Source of the DNA: an uncultured Gemmatimonadota bacterium
GTDB taxonomy: Bacteria > Gemmatimonadota > CAZMKB01 > CAZNLH01
Assembly: GCA_964573995.1 (NCBI GenBank)
Contig: CAZNLH010000002.1
Span: 25,060 to 89,059, forward strand
Length of the DNA stretch: 64,000 bases
Direction of reading: 5' to 3'
Part shown: positions 1-9,261 of the stretch, piece after piece
Position numbering within the stretch: the stretch's first letter is position 1
Layout of the letters: every line of letters starts with the position of its first letter
The notes under the pieces: generated by a model
Databases searched by the model: none
What the model saw: only the letters and a program-made list of their open reading frames with translations
What the model was told of the DNA's origin: nothing
Position numbers and translations under genes: made by a program

Positions 1-1
1 A

Positions 2-334
2 AAGGTTCTTGGCCGCGCCGAAACCGCCGGGAAAGATCAGCGCGTCTATCTGGTCCTCATGGACCATGCGAATGTCCTGAATCTCTCCCCTGGCTATTCT
101 CGCCGACTCGACCAGGACATTACGCCTTTCTCTACCTTCCACTTCCCCCGTCAGGTGATTGATGACGTGGAACTGCTCGCGCCTTGGGGCCATAAAGAGG
201 ACCTGGGCGCCTGCCCTTCTGAGGAAGTAGAGGGTAAGGACGGATTCATGTATTTCAGAACCATCAAAGACGCCGCACCCGGAAAGGGCTATACCTACCA
301 CGGCCATTTCGCACCGCCTCCTTGTCCTCTTTGA
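2..334 (+). CDS. hypothetical protein, C-terminal fragment (the 5' end lies upstream of the window)
   Basis: The open frame runs from window position 2 with no upstream stop and ends at the stop at 332-334. No family was recognised from ...GKDQRVYLVLMDHANVLNLS... Confidence 0.3.
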   Translation, partial: KVLGRAETAGKDQRVYLVLMDHANVLNLSPGYSRRLDQDITPFSTFHFPRQVIDDVELLAPWGHKEDLGACPSEEVEGKDGFMYFRTIKDAAPGKGYTYHGHFAPPPCPL

Positions 335-463
335 TAACTGATATTGACCTGTTGTGTATCTTCACGGTTCGTTCGATTCCGTCTTCCAAGTCTCCGCAAA
401 AATATAATATCTTGAGATTATTGTCAACTCTGGGGTAAGAGGACTTTCGCCTCGAGAATCCCC

Positions 464-492
464 TTGACATTTCACCGTTGACATCCTATAGA
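464..492 (+). promoter_or_regulatory. candidate sigma70-type promoter: TTGACA, 17-nt spacer, TATAGA
   Basis: TTGACA at 464-469, a 17-nt spacer, then TATAGA at 487-492. It lies about 150 nt upstream of the ferredoxin start, in a lower-GC intergenic stretch. Confidence 0.3.
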
Positions 493-642
493 GTACATTG
501 TGCGGCCACTCGGTCGCCCTGCGCCGGTAGTGGCAAAAGGGGGTTGAAATAATAGAGGGCATTCGTTATAATAATCCACTCTTGATTGGGACATTTAAGA
601 GAATCTTCCTGCATCGTTCGAGGGAAAGGGGGTGAAACGTTA

Positions 643-894
643 ATGGCCTACGTGATTTGTGAACCCTGCATCAATGTCAAGGACAGGGCGTGTGTGGATG
701 TCTGCCCGGTGGATTGCATCCATCCTACCGAGGAGGAAGATAAGGGCGAAGATCAACTGCATATAGATCCGGACACCTGTATCGATTGCGGTGCGTGTGA
801 GCCGGTATGCCCTGTCGAGGCGATCTTCGAGGAGGAGGAAGTGCCTGAACAGTGGCAGGACTATGTAGTCAAGAACGCGCAATTCTACCAGTAG
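643..894 (+). CDS. fdxA: 7Fe ferredoxin with one [3Fe-4S] and one [4Fe-4S] cluster
   Basis: There are two cluster motifs: CxxCx7CxxxCP ([17 protein letters not shown]) and CxxCxxCxxxCP ([12 protein letters not shown]). A GGGGGTGA ribosome-binding site sits before the ATG at 643. The six-frame track begins at 586, but the internal Met fits the ferredoxin family length. Confidence 0.8.
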   Translation: MAYVICEPCINVKDRACVDVCPVDCIHPTEEEDKGEDQLHIDPDTCIDCGACEPVCPVEAIFEEEEVPEQWQDYVVKNAQFYQ

Positions 895-1162
895 CAACCT
901 GGGGATCCACCGGCGATCCTCCCGGGTATTCAACGGGCATCTATCAAGAGGCGGGATTGAAGGGATACGGTTTCCTTTCTCATTCCGCCTCTATTGCATT
1001 CGGCGGAGGCCAGAATCTATGGGGGCGCGGATATGCCATCGGTCTTTCACTGTATGGCACGACCATTATCGATGAGGGCCGGGTGTTGTTATTGATCTCC
1101 TGTTTTTCTATATTTTAACGTGAGTACGTTATATCATTAGAGGATGGAGGTACTGTTCTATC

Positions 1163-1777
1163 ATGGAAGGTGAGACACTAATAAAACGGCCTGAATTGCT
1201 CCTTCACATCTGTTGTGCTCCCTGTTCCACTCACCCCATCGACGTCTTGAAGGAAGAATACCAGGTCATCGGCCTGTTTTACGGGCCGAATATCCACCCC
1301 GAGGTAGAGTACATCTTCCGCCTTGAGGAGATGGAGCGGGTTGCGGGTGAGTTGGGTATCGAATTGATACGGGCCGAGTATGAAATGTCGAGATGGTTTC
1401 AATTGACGGGTGGCCTGGAAGATGAGGAAGAGGGGGGCAGGCGCTGCTGCATTTGCTACCGCATGCGCCTGGAGAAGACGGCCGACTACGCGGTGGAGAG
1501 GGGGATCCGGTATTTCACCACGACCCTGTCCGTCAGCCCTCATAAGAACGCCGATGAAATCAACGCGATAGGCCTTGACATCGGGAAGAGGCGTGGATTG
1601 ACGTTCCTGCCCGCCAATTTCAAGAAGAAGGATGGTTTCAAGAAGGCAGTGGAGATGGCGAGGAGGCTCGGCTTGTACCGCCAGGATTACTGTGGCTGTG
1701 CATACAGCCGACGTGAGCGCGATGCCAGGGTCAAGTCAAAGACCGAAAACCAGCGGAAGTTTCAACAAGCGGGGTAG
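1163..1777 (+). CDS. queH: epoxyqueuosine reductase QueH (DUF208)
   Basis: The N-terminal LLLHICCAPCS motif and the downstream CCICYRMR and CGCAYS cysteine clusters are characteristic of the QueH family. Confidence 0.8.
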   Translation: MEGETLIKRPELLLHICCAPCSTHPIDVLKEEYQVIGLFYGPNIHPEVEYIFRLEEMERVAGELGIELIRAEYEMSRWFQLTGGLEDEEEGGRRCCICYRMRLEKTADYAVERGIRYFTTTLSVSPHKNADEINAIGLDIGKRRGLTFLPANFKKKDGFKKAVEMARRLGLYRQDYCGCAYSRRERDARVKSKTENQRKFQQAG

Positions 1778-1779
1778 AA

Positions 1780-3483
1780 ATGAGTGCAATCTTTATCGCC
1801 GTCTTTTGCCTGCTGGCCTTTTTCCTCTCCTACCGTTTTTACGCGAAGTTCCTGGGCCGGAAGATCCTATCACTGGATCCATCGCTTGTGACCCCTTCCC
1901 ACGAGTTTGAAGACGGGCTCGATTTCGTTCCGACGAGGCGGTCGGTCCTCTTCGGCCACCACTTCGCTTCGATCGCCGGCCTGGGACCAATCCTCGGGCC
2001 GGCCATCGGTGTGATCTGGGGCTGGATCCCGGCCCTTCTATGGGTTGTCCTGGGGACGATATTTCTCGGGGCCGTCCATGACTTCAGTGCGCTGGCCGTA
2101 TCACTGAAGAATCAGGGACGCTCGATAGGGGACATCGCAAACGATGTCATAGGGCCCCGGGCACGGATCCTCTTCCAGTTGATCATCTTTTTCCTCCTAT
2201 CGATGGCCATGGGCGTCTTCGTCCTGATAATAGCGCGGCTCTTCACGGAACTATACCCCCAGGCAGTGATTCCAGTGGGATCACTCCTCTTTATCGCGTT
2301 GTTGATAGGCTACCTGACCTACAGGTTGCATTACAGTTTCTACAAGTCTTCACTGCTCGGCATCGTCTTGATGTTCCTGATGCTGTGGATCGGGGTCAAA
2401 TTTCCGGTAACGGGCATCTCGACGACGAACTGGATGCTATTGCTCCTATTTTACGCCTTCCTGGCCTCCGTACTGCCCGTATGGCTCTTGCTCCAGCCCC
2501 GAGATTACCTCAACTCGTACCAGTTATACCTGATACTGATCCTGATGTACCTGGGACTCTTCTTCTCCAATCCCAAGATTGTGGCCCCAGGTATAAACCA
2601 TGTGTCTAAGGACCTTCCATTGATCTTCCCGTTCCTGTTCGTCACCATCGCGTGTGGGGCCATCTCCGGTTTCCACAACCTCGTATCATCGGGGACGACT
2701 GTCAGGCAGTTGGATCGTGCGAGCGACGCCCGCGCGATAGGTTACGGGGGGATGCTCGCGGAGGGCATACTCGCCGCCATAGTCATCCTCGCCTGCACCG
2801 CAGGGGTATCTTCGAGGGAGGCGTGGTACGGCCACTATGCCTCCTGGCAGACGGCCTCGGGGCTCATTCCTAAACTCGACGCCTTTATCTCAGGTGGCGG
2901 GAATTTCCTGATCGCCCTCAGAATTCCTCCTGACATGGCAAGGGCCTTTATCGCCGTCGTGGCCGTCGGTTTTGCCCTGACCACTCTCGATTCGGCAACG
3001 AGGTTGCTCCGGTACAACATCGAGGATATCGGAAAGACGCTCAGTGTAGCCACCATGCAGAATCGCTACGTGGCTTCGATAGGGGCGGTCGTGGCGATTG
3101 GATACTTCGCCATGATGAAGGTAAACGGACAGCCGGCGGGGATCATCCTCTGGCAACTCTTCGGCACCACGAACCAACTCCTGGCGGGTCTCGGCTTACT
3201 CACGGTGAGTATCTACCTCTATCGTGTAAAGAAACCGGTCCTCTATACTCTGATCCCGATGGCCTTCATGCTGGTTGTGACCATCGTTGCCATGGCGATC
3301 AAGATCGGAGAGTTCTGGAGGGGGAGGCAGTGGCCGCTCCTGGTGATGGGCCTGATCATCATGGGGATGTCCCTGTGGCTCGGCGTGGAGGCGTTGACAC
3401 ACTATAAGGGGAAGGGGATGGGGGAACTGGGGGTCCCTGCCCCTGTGAAGGGCACCAGCGAAGCGGGAGAAATTGGTGGCTGA
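1780..3483 (+). CDS. cstA: carbon starvation protein A family membrane transporter
   Basis: Polytopic membrane protein carrying the conserved CstA N-terminal signature (GHHFASIAGLGPILGPAIG). The start is 2 nt after the queH stop. Confidence 0.85.
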   Translation: MSAIFIAVFCLLAFFLSYRFYAKFLGRKILSLDPSLVTPSHEFEDGLDFVPTRRSVLFGHHFASIAGLGPILGPAIGVIWGWIPALLWVVLGTIFLGAVHDFSALAVSLKNQGRSIGDIANDVIGPRARILFQLIIFFLLSMAMGVFVLIIARLFTELYPQAVIPVGSLLFIALLIGYLTYRLHYSFYKSSLLGIVLMFLMLWIGVKFPVTGISTTNWMLLLLFYAFLASVLPVWLLLQPRDYLNSYQLYLILILMYLGLFFSNPKIVAPGINHVSKDLPLIFPFLFVTIACGAISGFHNLVSSGTTVRQLDRASDARAIGYGGMLAEGILAAIVILACTAGVSSREAWYGHYASWQTASGLIPKLDAFISGGGNFLIALRIPPDMARAFIAVVAVGFALTTLDSATRLLRYNIEDIGKTLSVATMQNRYVASIGAVVAIGYFAMMKVNGQPAGIILWQLFGTTNQLLAGLGLLTVSIYLYRVKKPVLYTLIPMAFMLVVTIVAMAIKIGEFWRGRQWPLLVMGLIIMGMSLWLGVEALTHYKGKGMGELGVPAPVKGTSEAGEIGG

Positions 3484-4192
3484 TCCGGTAGAAGGGAAGG
3501 TAGTCGTAATAGCCGGAGCAGGCGGGGGTATCGGCAGGGCGGTCTGCAGGGAATTCCATGAATCGGGCGCAAGGGTCATAGCCCTGTACAGGAGACCGAG
3601 GGAATTGGCGGCGCTCAGGGGAGATGGATCAGTCGAGGAGGGGCCCTTCGGCTACAGGGTGGACCTCGCACGGGAGGAGGAAATTCGCCTGGCGGTGAGC
3701 CGGGTATGTCGTGATCACGGCACTATCGATGTCCTTGTAAACTGTGCAGGTGTTGGATACTTCGCCAAGATAGACTCGATAAAGACGTGCGAGTGGGATG
3801 AGATGGTCGCGGTCAACCTGAGGGGGGCTTTCCTGTTGACCCGCGAAGTGGTCGCCGTGATGAAGGAGAATGGAGGGGGCGTAATCATACATATCGCGTC
3901 GCTGGCGGGGCTCAAAGGTTATCCCAAGTGTTCGGCATACGGGGCGACAAAGGCGGGCGTAATCGGGCTTTCGAGGTGCCTGGCCGAGGAGTTGATCCCA
4001 TACGGGATCAGGGTCGCAGCAATCTGCCCGGGGAGCGTGGACAGTCCCTTTCAGGACAGGATTCCGAAGGTTATTCCCCGCGAGAAGATGATCCTGACCG
4101 AGGACGTGGCCCGGTCGGCCCTCTTCGTGGCGAGCATGCCGGCGCGCGCCTTGGTAGAGGATATTGTGATCAGGCCGAGCGCGATCCCATGA
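3473..4192 (+). CDS. SDR family oxidoreductase (short-chain dehydrogenase/reductase)
   Basis: GKVVVIAGAGGGIGRAV Rossmann motif, NCAG, and a YxxxK active-site context (YGATKAG). The TTG or GTG start overlaps the cstA stop. Confidence 0.8.
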   Translation: MVADPVEGKVVVIAGAGGGIGRAVCREFHESGARVIALYRRPRELAALRGDGSVEEGPFGYRVDLAREEEIRLAVSRVCRDHGTIDVLVNCAGVGYFAKIDSIKTCEWDEMVAVNLRGAFLLTREVVAVMKENGGGVIIHIASLAGLKGYPKCSAYGATKAGVIGLSRCLAEELIPYGIRVAAICPGSVDSPFQDRIPKVIPREKMILTEDVARSALFVASMPARALVEDIVIRPSAIP

Positions 4193-4232
4193 TAGCGGTA
4201 AGTAACCCACTGTACACCAATCATCAACCCGA

Positions 4233-5009
4233 TCATTTGCCGTTTAATATCCGGATGACGGCATCGTGAATCAGCCCGTTTGTCGCGAGGATCTCGTCGC
4301 CGTAAATGCTGTAAGGCCCTCCTCGGAAGGTGGTGACCCTGCCTCCCGACTCCTCCACGATCAACTTGCCCGCCGCGGTGTCCCACGGCTGCAACTTGCG
4401 CTCGTAGAATCCGTCGCACCGGCCCGAAGCCACGTAGCAGAGGTCAAGGGCCGCCGATCCGTCCCTCCGGATGCCCTGGGTGTGCATCAGGATCCTCTCG
4501 AGTGTCTCCATGTATCCCTCATGATTCTCCTGGATATCGTAGGGGAAGCCTGTAGAAAGGAGCGAGGTGGACAGGTCAGCGTTGCGTGATGAATGGATCG
4601 GGACGCCGTTGAGCGTGGCTTCCGCCAGCAATTCGGCCCTGAAGAACTCCTCCCTCAAGGGATCGTAGACGACGCCGTAAATGACCTCCTCTTTTACCTG
4701 GAGGGCGACGCTGACGGCCACGAATGGATAGGCATGGGCGAAGTTAGTGGTGCCGTCGAGGGGATCGACCAGCCATAGGCGATCTGAGGTGCCTTCTCTT
4801 GTCCGGCCGCTCTCCTCGGCCAGGATCACATCACCCGGGAATGCGCGCTTGATGCCCCGCGTGATGATCTCCTCCGACCGGCGGTCGACCTCCGTCACGA
4901 GGTCGATCTTCCCCTTGAAATTTATGGTCACGTCCTTTTCAAACTTGCCCTTGATATAATTACCCGCTTCCCTTACAATCTCCTCGACGACGTGGTATTC
5001 ACGGGTCAT
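4233..5009 (-). CDS. suhB: inositol monophosphatase family protein (SuhB-like)
   Basis: IMPase motifs are present: WLVDPLDGTTNF, a DPLRE-like region, and a WDTAAG C-terminal motif. Confidence 0.8.
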   Translation of the reverse strand: MTREYHVVEEIVREAGNYIKGKFEKDVTINFKGKIDLVTEVDRRSEEIITRGIKRAFPGDVILAEESGRTREGTSDRLWLVDPLDGTTNFAHAYPFVAVSVALQVKEEVIYGVVYDPLREEFFRAELLAEATLNGVPIHSSRNADLSTSLLSTGFPYDIQENHEGYMETLERILMHTQGIRRDGSAALDLCYVASGRCDGFYERKLQPWDTAAGKLIVEESGGRVTTFRGGPYSIYGDEILATNGLIHDAVIRILNGK

Positions 5010-5083
5010 GTTGTGCCCTCTCCCCTTATCAAAGATCTTGTTCCACGTGGATTCCGGGCTGATAGGATATCCATTTCCAAGAT

Positions 5084-5111
5084 CGTGTCAAGTTCCACCT
5101 TACTTGACACG
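5084..5111. promoter_or_regulatory. perfect 10-bp inverted repeat (CGTGTCAAGT-N8-ACTTGACACG), candidate operator in a divergent promoter region
   Basis: Palindrome seen directly in the sequence. It lies between the divergently oriented suhB-like gene (minus) and the DUF5683-like gene (plus). The TTGACA inside its right arm could double as a -35 element. Confidence 0.3.
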
Positions 5112-5210
5112 TCCTATTCTCAAGGTTAATTTGCAGATGTGGAAAGCGTAGCATCTTTATGCCTGCGAAGCCCCATGGAATATCTGCTAAAATACAGGGG
5201 TTGACCCCGG

Positions 5211-5825
5211 GTGGGCGAAGGTAGAATTTCTCAACAGGAGCCACGGCGAACGAGGAGATTCAATACCGTTCACGGCCGTGCGCTATTTTTCACCTTAATC
5301 CTCTTCTCCTCCGCATTTCTATTTGCCGTAAAAAGCCCTGCGGCGGTAGATCCGGTTGGTGAATTCACGGAAGGTATCGTTACACCGGCCCAGGCAGCGG
5401 ACTCGATATCACCCGGCAAGGGCGCCGAAATTGAGGAAGTGGAGAAGTCCCCCCTCGGTGCGATGCTGAGATCAGCGGTAATTCCCGGCTGGGGGCAGTT
5501 CTACACCGATCATCCCTACCGTGGGGGCCTGATTTTCACCGCTGAGGGGATCCTGCTGTCCCTGGCCTGGGCGGAAAAGTCTCAGGCCGATCAGGATTGG
5601 GAGACATACAAGGAGACCTCACAGGCCGGTTACCTCGATGCCTATGATCGACACTTTAATCGGGCCAGGGACCTCTCGAGCCTGTCAATCGCCGTCTTCC
5701 TGGTCAACATCGCGGATGCTTACGTGAGCGCTCACCTCTATGGCTTCAACGGCAGGATACGATTCGATCAGGAGAGTCGTCGGTTGAACATCTCGTTGGC
5801 ATGGAAACGCCGGGTGGAGAAATAA
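5211..5825 (+). CDS. DUF5683-like secreted or membrane protein
   Basis: N-terminal hydrophobic signal segment and an SAVIPGWGQFY motif typical of the DUF5683 family. The start codon is uncertain. Confidence 0.5.
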   Translation: MGEGRISQQEPRRTRRFNTVHGRALFFTLILFSSAFLFAVKSPAAVDPVGEFTEGIVTPAQAADSISPGKGAEIEEVEKSPLGAMLRSAVIPGWGQFYTDHPYRGGLIFTAEGILLSLAWAEKSQADQDWETYKETSQAGYLDAYDRHFNRARDLSSLSIAVFLVNIADAYVSAHLYGFNGRIRFDQESRRLNISLAWKRRVEK

Positions 5826-5922
5826 TGTCGTTGGGTACGGCACCACTGTCGGATAGGCGATCGAACTCTCACTGTCGCTACGGGAGGGGTGGGTGTTGCG
5901 CATGCTCGGAGGTGAACCGTAA

Positions 5923-6396
5923 ATGAAGCACTCCTTGAGGACCGGCCTGAGTTTCGGCCTGACCTCCGGAATAATAACGACGTTGGGGCTGATAGTAGGG
6001 CTTCATTCGAGCACCCACTCCAATATCATAATAATAGGCGGGATCCTCGTCATCGCAATAGGAGATGCCCTGTCCGACGCGATGGGTATACACGTCTCGG
6101 AGGAATCGGAAGACAGGCACTCGGAGCGCGAGATCTGGGAATCCACGCTGGCCACGTTCCTCTCGAAGTTCCTATTTTCCATGACCTTCATCATACCCAT
6201 AGTAATGTTCCCCCTGGGCGTTGCGATACTGATTTGTGTGGTGTGGGGTCTTTCCCTGATCACGTTTTTCAGTCTCTACATGGCAAGGAGGCAGGGGGTG
6301 AGACCCCTGAGACCGGTATTGGAGCACCTCTTTATCGCTATAGTGGTCGTGGTAGTGACACACTATGTGGGAGATTGGGTGGAGACACTTGAATAG
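5923..6396 (+). CDS. VIT1/CCC1 family membrane protein (short form)
   Basis: Glycine-rich transmembrane helices (GLSFGLTSGIITTLGLIVG) and an acidic loop (SEESEDRHSERE), as in the transmembrane portion of VIT iron/manganese transporters. Confidence 0.55.
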   Translation: MKHSLRTGLSFGLTSGIITTLGLIVGLHSSTHSNIIIIGGILVIAIGDALSDAMGIHVSEESEDRHSEREIWESTLATFLSKFLFSMTFIIPIVMFPLGVAILICVVWGLSLITFFSLYMARRQGVRPLRPVLEHLFIAIVVVVVTHYVGDWVETLE

Positions 6397-6538
6397 ATCC
6401 CGCCCGGCCGGGCGTTGAGCCATCGCGGGGGGTGGTGTTGTGGAAGCGGTGGCCTGTAGGGGAGCGGGAATTTTCGGTGGAAGATGAATCTGCTCTGGCA
6501 CCGGGCATCAAGGGGGCGTCGCGTGGGAGGAGGTTGGA

Positions 6539-7093
6539 ATGGAAGAGGTTGAATTGCCCGTGGATAAGTGGTTGTGGCATATCGGTCTGATCCAGGGCAC
6601 AATTGTCCTGATCTCAACGTACGATGCATCCGGGCAACCCAACGTGGCGCCGAAGAGTTGGGTACAGATGGTCTCCTTCGAGCCAAGTGTACTGATGTTT
6701 TCCGGGAGCCGTGGTAACACGACGGAGAGGAACATCCTCGAAAAGGAGTGCTTCGGGGTAAATCTCGTGGACACTTCGATTGCGCCAAGGGCCTTTAGGT
6801 CTATTAAGTGGCATGGCTTGGAGCGAATTGAACGATCGGCGTTCGAACTGGTAAAGGCGTCTCGGATCGATGCCCCTCTGGTGAACGATTGTCCCGGCCA
6901 CCTTGAATGTCGACTGTGCCGGACTATCGAGGTGGGAAGGGGTCTCGTCATCTTCGGCGAGATTGTGAAGGTCTCGATACGTGAGGATATCGTAACCGCC
7001 TCCTTGAGGGATCGGTACAGGCTGCTCGACCCGGCGCTTTATCTGGAGGAGGGGACGTTCGCCTCCCTGAAGGCTACCTTTTCTGTCGATTGA
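6539..7093 (+). CDS. flavin reductase-like domain protein (FMN-binding split barrel)
   Basis: About 180 aa with the fold pattern of the Flavin_Reduct family (ISTYDASGQPNVAPKSW ... GHLECRL ... FGEIV). Confidence 0.6.
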   Translation: MEEVELPVDKWLWHIGLIQGTIVLISTYDASGQPNVAPKSWVQMVSFEPSVLMFSGSRGNTTERNILEKECFGVNLVDTSIAPRAFRSIKWHGLERIERSAFELVKASRIDAPLVNDCPGHLECRLCRTIEVGRGLVIFGEIVKVSIREDIVTASLRDRYRLLDPALYLEEGTFASLKATFSVD

Positions 7094-7332
7094 TCCGTGC
7101 AAACCATGTTTGAACCGTCTTAGGGTATAACCCGGGATGATGGCGGCTCAGGGGTGACATGGATGATCATTGTATGATCGGGATGGTATATGGAGGTTTG
7201 GGTGCCTCTATACCGGCAGGAACCGGGAAGTGGGATGGATGTAATCGCTGTCCCCGGCTGATGGAATCGGTCCTTGGAAGGCGACACGCTTCGAGACTGT
7301 CGTCAAGGTCCGGGTCAGAATGGAGGTGAACG

Positions 7333-8001
7333 ATGAAGGCAGGAAGATTGAAGGTGCTCGCGCTGACCGTTGCGGTCGGGGCTTGCCTGTACGGGCTGTT
7401 CCTGCTCAGCGATTCTGAAGACGTGCAAAGGGACGATGCGTATTCTGGAGTTGATATCCCGCCATCGACCGACCTCGAGGCACTGCCACCTGTCCTTCGA
7501 CGTCGAGCCTCACGCAAGGCGGATGATGAAGGTGAAAAGGGGGTGGATAGAGAGAAGGGTGTCAGTTCCCCGATAGAACTCGAACTGGAGATCATCTCAA
7601 AGAACAAACTCCAGGGAGACAATGCCGGAGGGGAAGTAACCGTAGGAGCCAGGCTTCGGCCCCTGGTCGACTCACCTGACATTCGATGGTTCGTGAAGGT
7701 CCCGGAAGGCCTGTCATTGATCGGAGGACCGGCCTCCTGGGAAGGAAAGATGGAAGAGGGTGAAGAGAGGACGTTTCAATTGACCTTTTCAGTGCCGGAC
7801 GGGAAGGCGTATGAATTGTACAGCCGTGCCGAGTCGTACCTGGGAAATGGAGATGTCGTGACCAAGGGGGCCGGCCTGCGGATCGACCTCGGCCCCAGGG
7901 AATTGGGCGATTATCCACCCTTTGAGCGGGTCGACAGTGAGGGGAGGCGTGTGATCAGTTACAAGGGAAAAGTGAATGGGTCGAGCGCCGGGGGGGATTA
8001 A
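7333..8001 (+). CDS. hypothetical secreted protein
   Basis: N-terminal signal peptide (LKVLALTVAVGACLYGLFLL), then an acidic low-complexity linker and a Gly-rich C-terminus. No family recognised. Confidence 0.45.
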   Translation: MKAGRLKVLALTVAVGACLYGLFLLSDSEDVQRDDAYSGVDIPPSTDLEALPPVLRRRASRKADDEGEKGVDREKGVSSPIELELEIISKNKLQGDNAGGEVTVGARLRPLVDSPDIRWFVKVPEGLSLIGGPASWEGKMEEGEERTFQLTFSVPDGKAYELYSRAESYLGNGDVVTKGAGLRIDLGPRELGDYPPFERVDSEGRRVISYKGKVNGSSAGGD

Positions 8002-8194
8002 AAGATCGAGGATGTGCGATAGCCTCACCGGAGAAGCTTTATATTGTTGTCTTGGTCACAGGGTGTTCCAGGACCATATACACCCCATGCTCAGTACATT
8101 GGCGGTTGCTGATCACGTGTCGTTCCCGATTGCCGGGAATCTTTCTCGATAATGATGCTTAACAAGCCGGCATGGCGAGCCTTATCGATAATAT

Positions 8195-8325
8195 GGGAAG
8201 TTCCACCTGAACTTCCAGTCCTCTCACCCCTTGAGAGGGGGCATTACGCGGTCCCTTAATTTCCCCCCGGAGTGCTCAGTCCTGCAGGACGCCAGATTGA
8301 CGCAAACTTACGCAACTCATCACCA
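8195..8325. repeat. intergenic repeat element, copy 1 of 2 (GGGAAGTTCC hairpin ... CGGAGTGCTCAGT ... AACTTACGCAACT)
   Basis: Aligns over about 130 nt with 19510-19644, including the same GGAAGTTC/GAACTTCC stem-loop at its 5' end. It ends at the stop codon of the minus-strand lpxH-like gene. Confidence 0.5.
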
Positions 8326-8327
8326 GG

Positions 8328-9068
8328 TCATCGGTCCGGCCACTCTTCGAGGTGGATCTCTTCGCCCCTGACGCGGCCGTAAGTGAAATGCTCCGACCAA
8401 TCTCCGATGTTGAGGTAAGTCCCCCCATCCATCAGGCACTTCTCGGGCTGGTGGGAATGGCCGACTATGATCCAGTCGTAGGCGCCTGATTCAAGTTGCT
8501 TGCGGGCGAATGCCCTCAGGTTACGAGCAGTACGTTCCCGTTTCTCTTCTATACGTTGCCGGCTCTTTCTCGAAGTGAGTCTCGCCAGCCAGGCCCCCGC
8601 ATCCGGGTGGAGGAGGCTGAAGACGGTTGCGCTGATCGGGCTTCTCAGGATCCTCTTCATGTAGAGATATCCCTTCTCGTTCGCGGAAAGGCCGTCGCCG
8701 TGGGCGAGGAAGGCCCTTCGTTTGCCGAACAATTCACTGGAAGGTGAATCGTGTACTGTAGTTGCGAGGTGTTGTGAGAGGAATCCCGAGGTCCAGTAGT
8801 CGTGGTTGCCGAGGTAATAGTCGATCCTGATACCGTTGCGTCTGAGGTTCCAGAGTCCTGCGAGGATGGGGAAGTTGCATGACGCGATCACTCGGCGGTA
8901 CTCGAACCAGAAATCAAAGAGGTCACCGAGTATTACGAGTCGATGCCCGTGCGTGTTTACGTGGTCGAAGAAGTCCAGGAGTTTGCGCACCTTTGATTCC
9001 TCGACCGCTGGATCATCTGCGCCCAGGTGGGCGTCGGAGAGGAAGAAGATGTCCTCTTTCATACCCAT
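8328..9068 (-). CDS. lpxH: UDP-2,3-diacylglucosamine hydrolase-like calcineurin-type metallophosphoesterase
   Basis: The DxH...GDxxD...GNHD...GH metallophosphoesterase motifs (FFLSDAHLG, ILGDLFDFW, LGNHDYW, VGHSH) are arranged as in LpxH. The start was chosen at the MGMKED Met; the six-frame track extends to 9110. Confidence 0.65.
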   Translation of the reverse strand: MGMKEDIFFLSDAHLGADDPAVEESKVRKLLDFFDHVNTHGHRLVILGDLFDFWFEYRRVIASCNFPILAGLWNLRRNGIRIDYYLGNHDYWTSGFLSQHLATTVHDSPSSELFGKRRAFLAHGDGLSANEKGYLYMKRILRSPISATVFSLLHPDAGAWLARLTSRKSRQRIEEKRERTARNLRAFARKQLESGAYDWIIVGHSHQPEKCLMDGGTYLNIGDWSEHFTYGRVRGEEIHLEEWPDR

Positions 9069-9261
9069 AATATCAAGCAAGGTCTCGCCGGCGTTACTGC
9101 AAGCCGGCATAACGCTCCCACGGCCATCTTAAGATATAATCGGTCTGGAGAAAGGGCAACCTTGTCGGAGTATTGACTCCGCCCTGATTTTTTGATAGTT
9201 TTTGACCTCTTTCGTTAATTCGATCCATTGAATGGGGCATTGAAAGGTGGAGCGTGGAGAA

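Noticed and set aside
586-642. An N-terminal 19-aa extension of the ferredoxin ORF.
   Set aside because: The ferredoxin family begins at the internal Met (MAYVICEPC). An in-frame GGGGGTGA ribosome-binding site lies directly upstream of that ATG.
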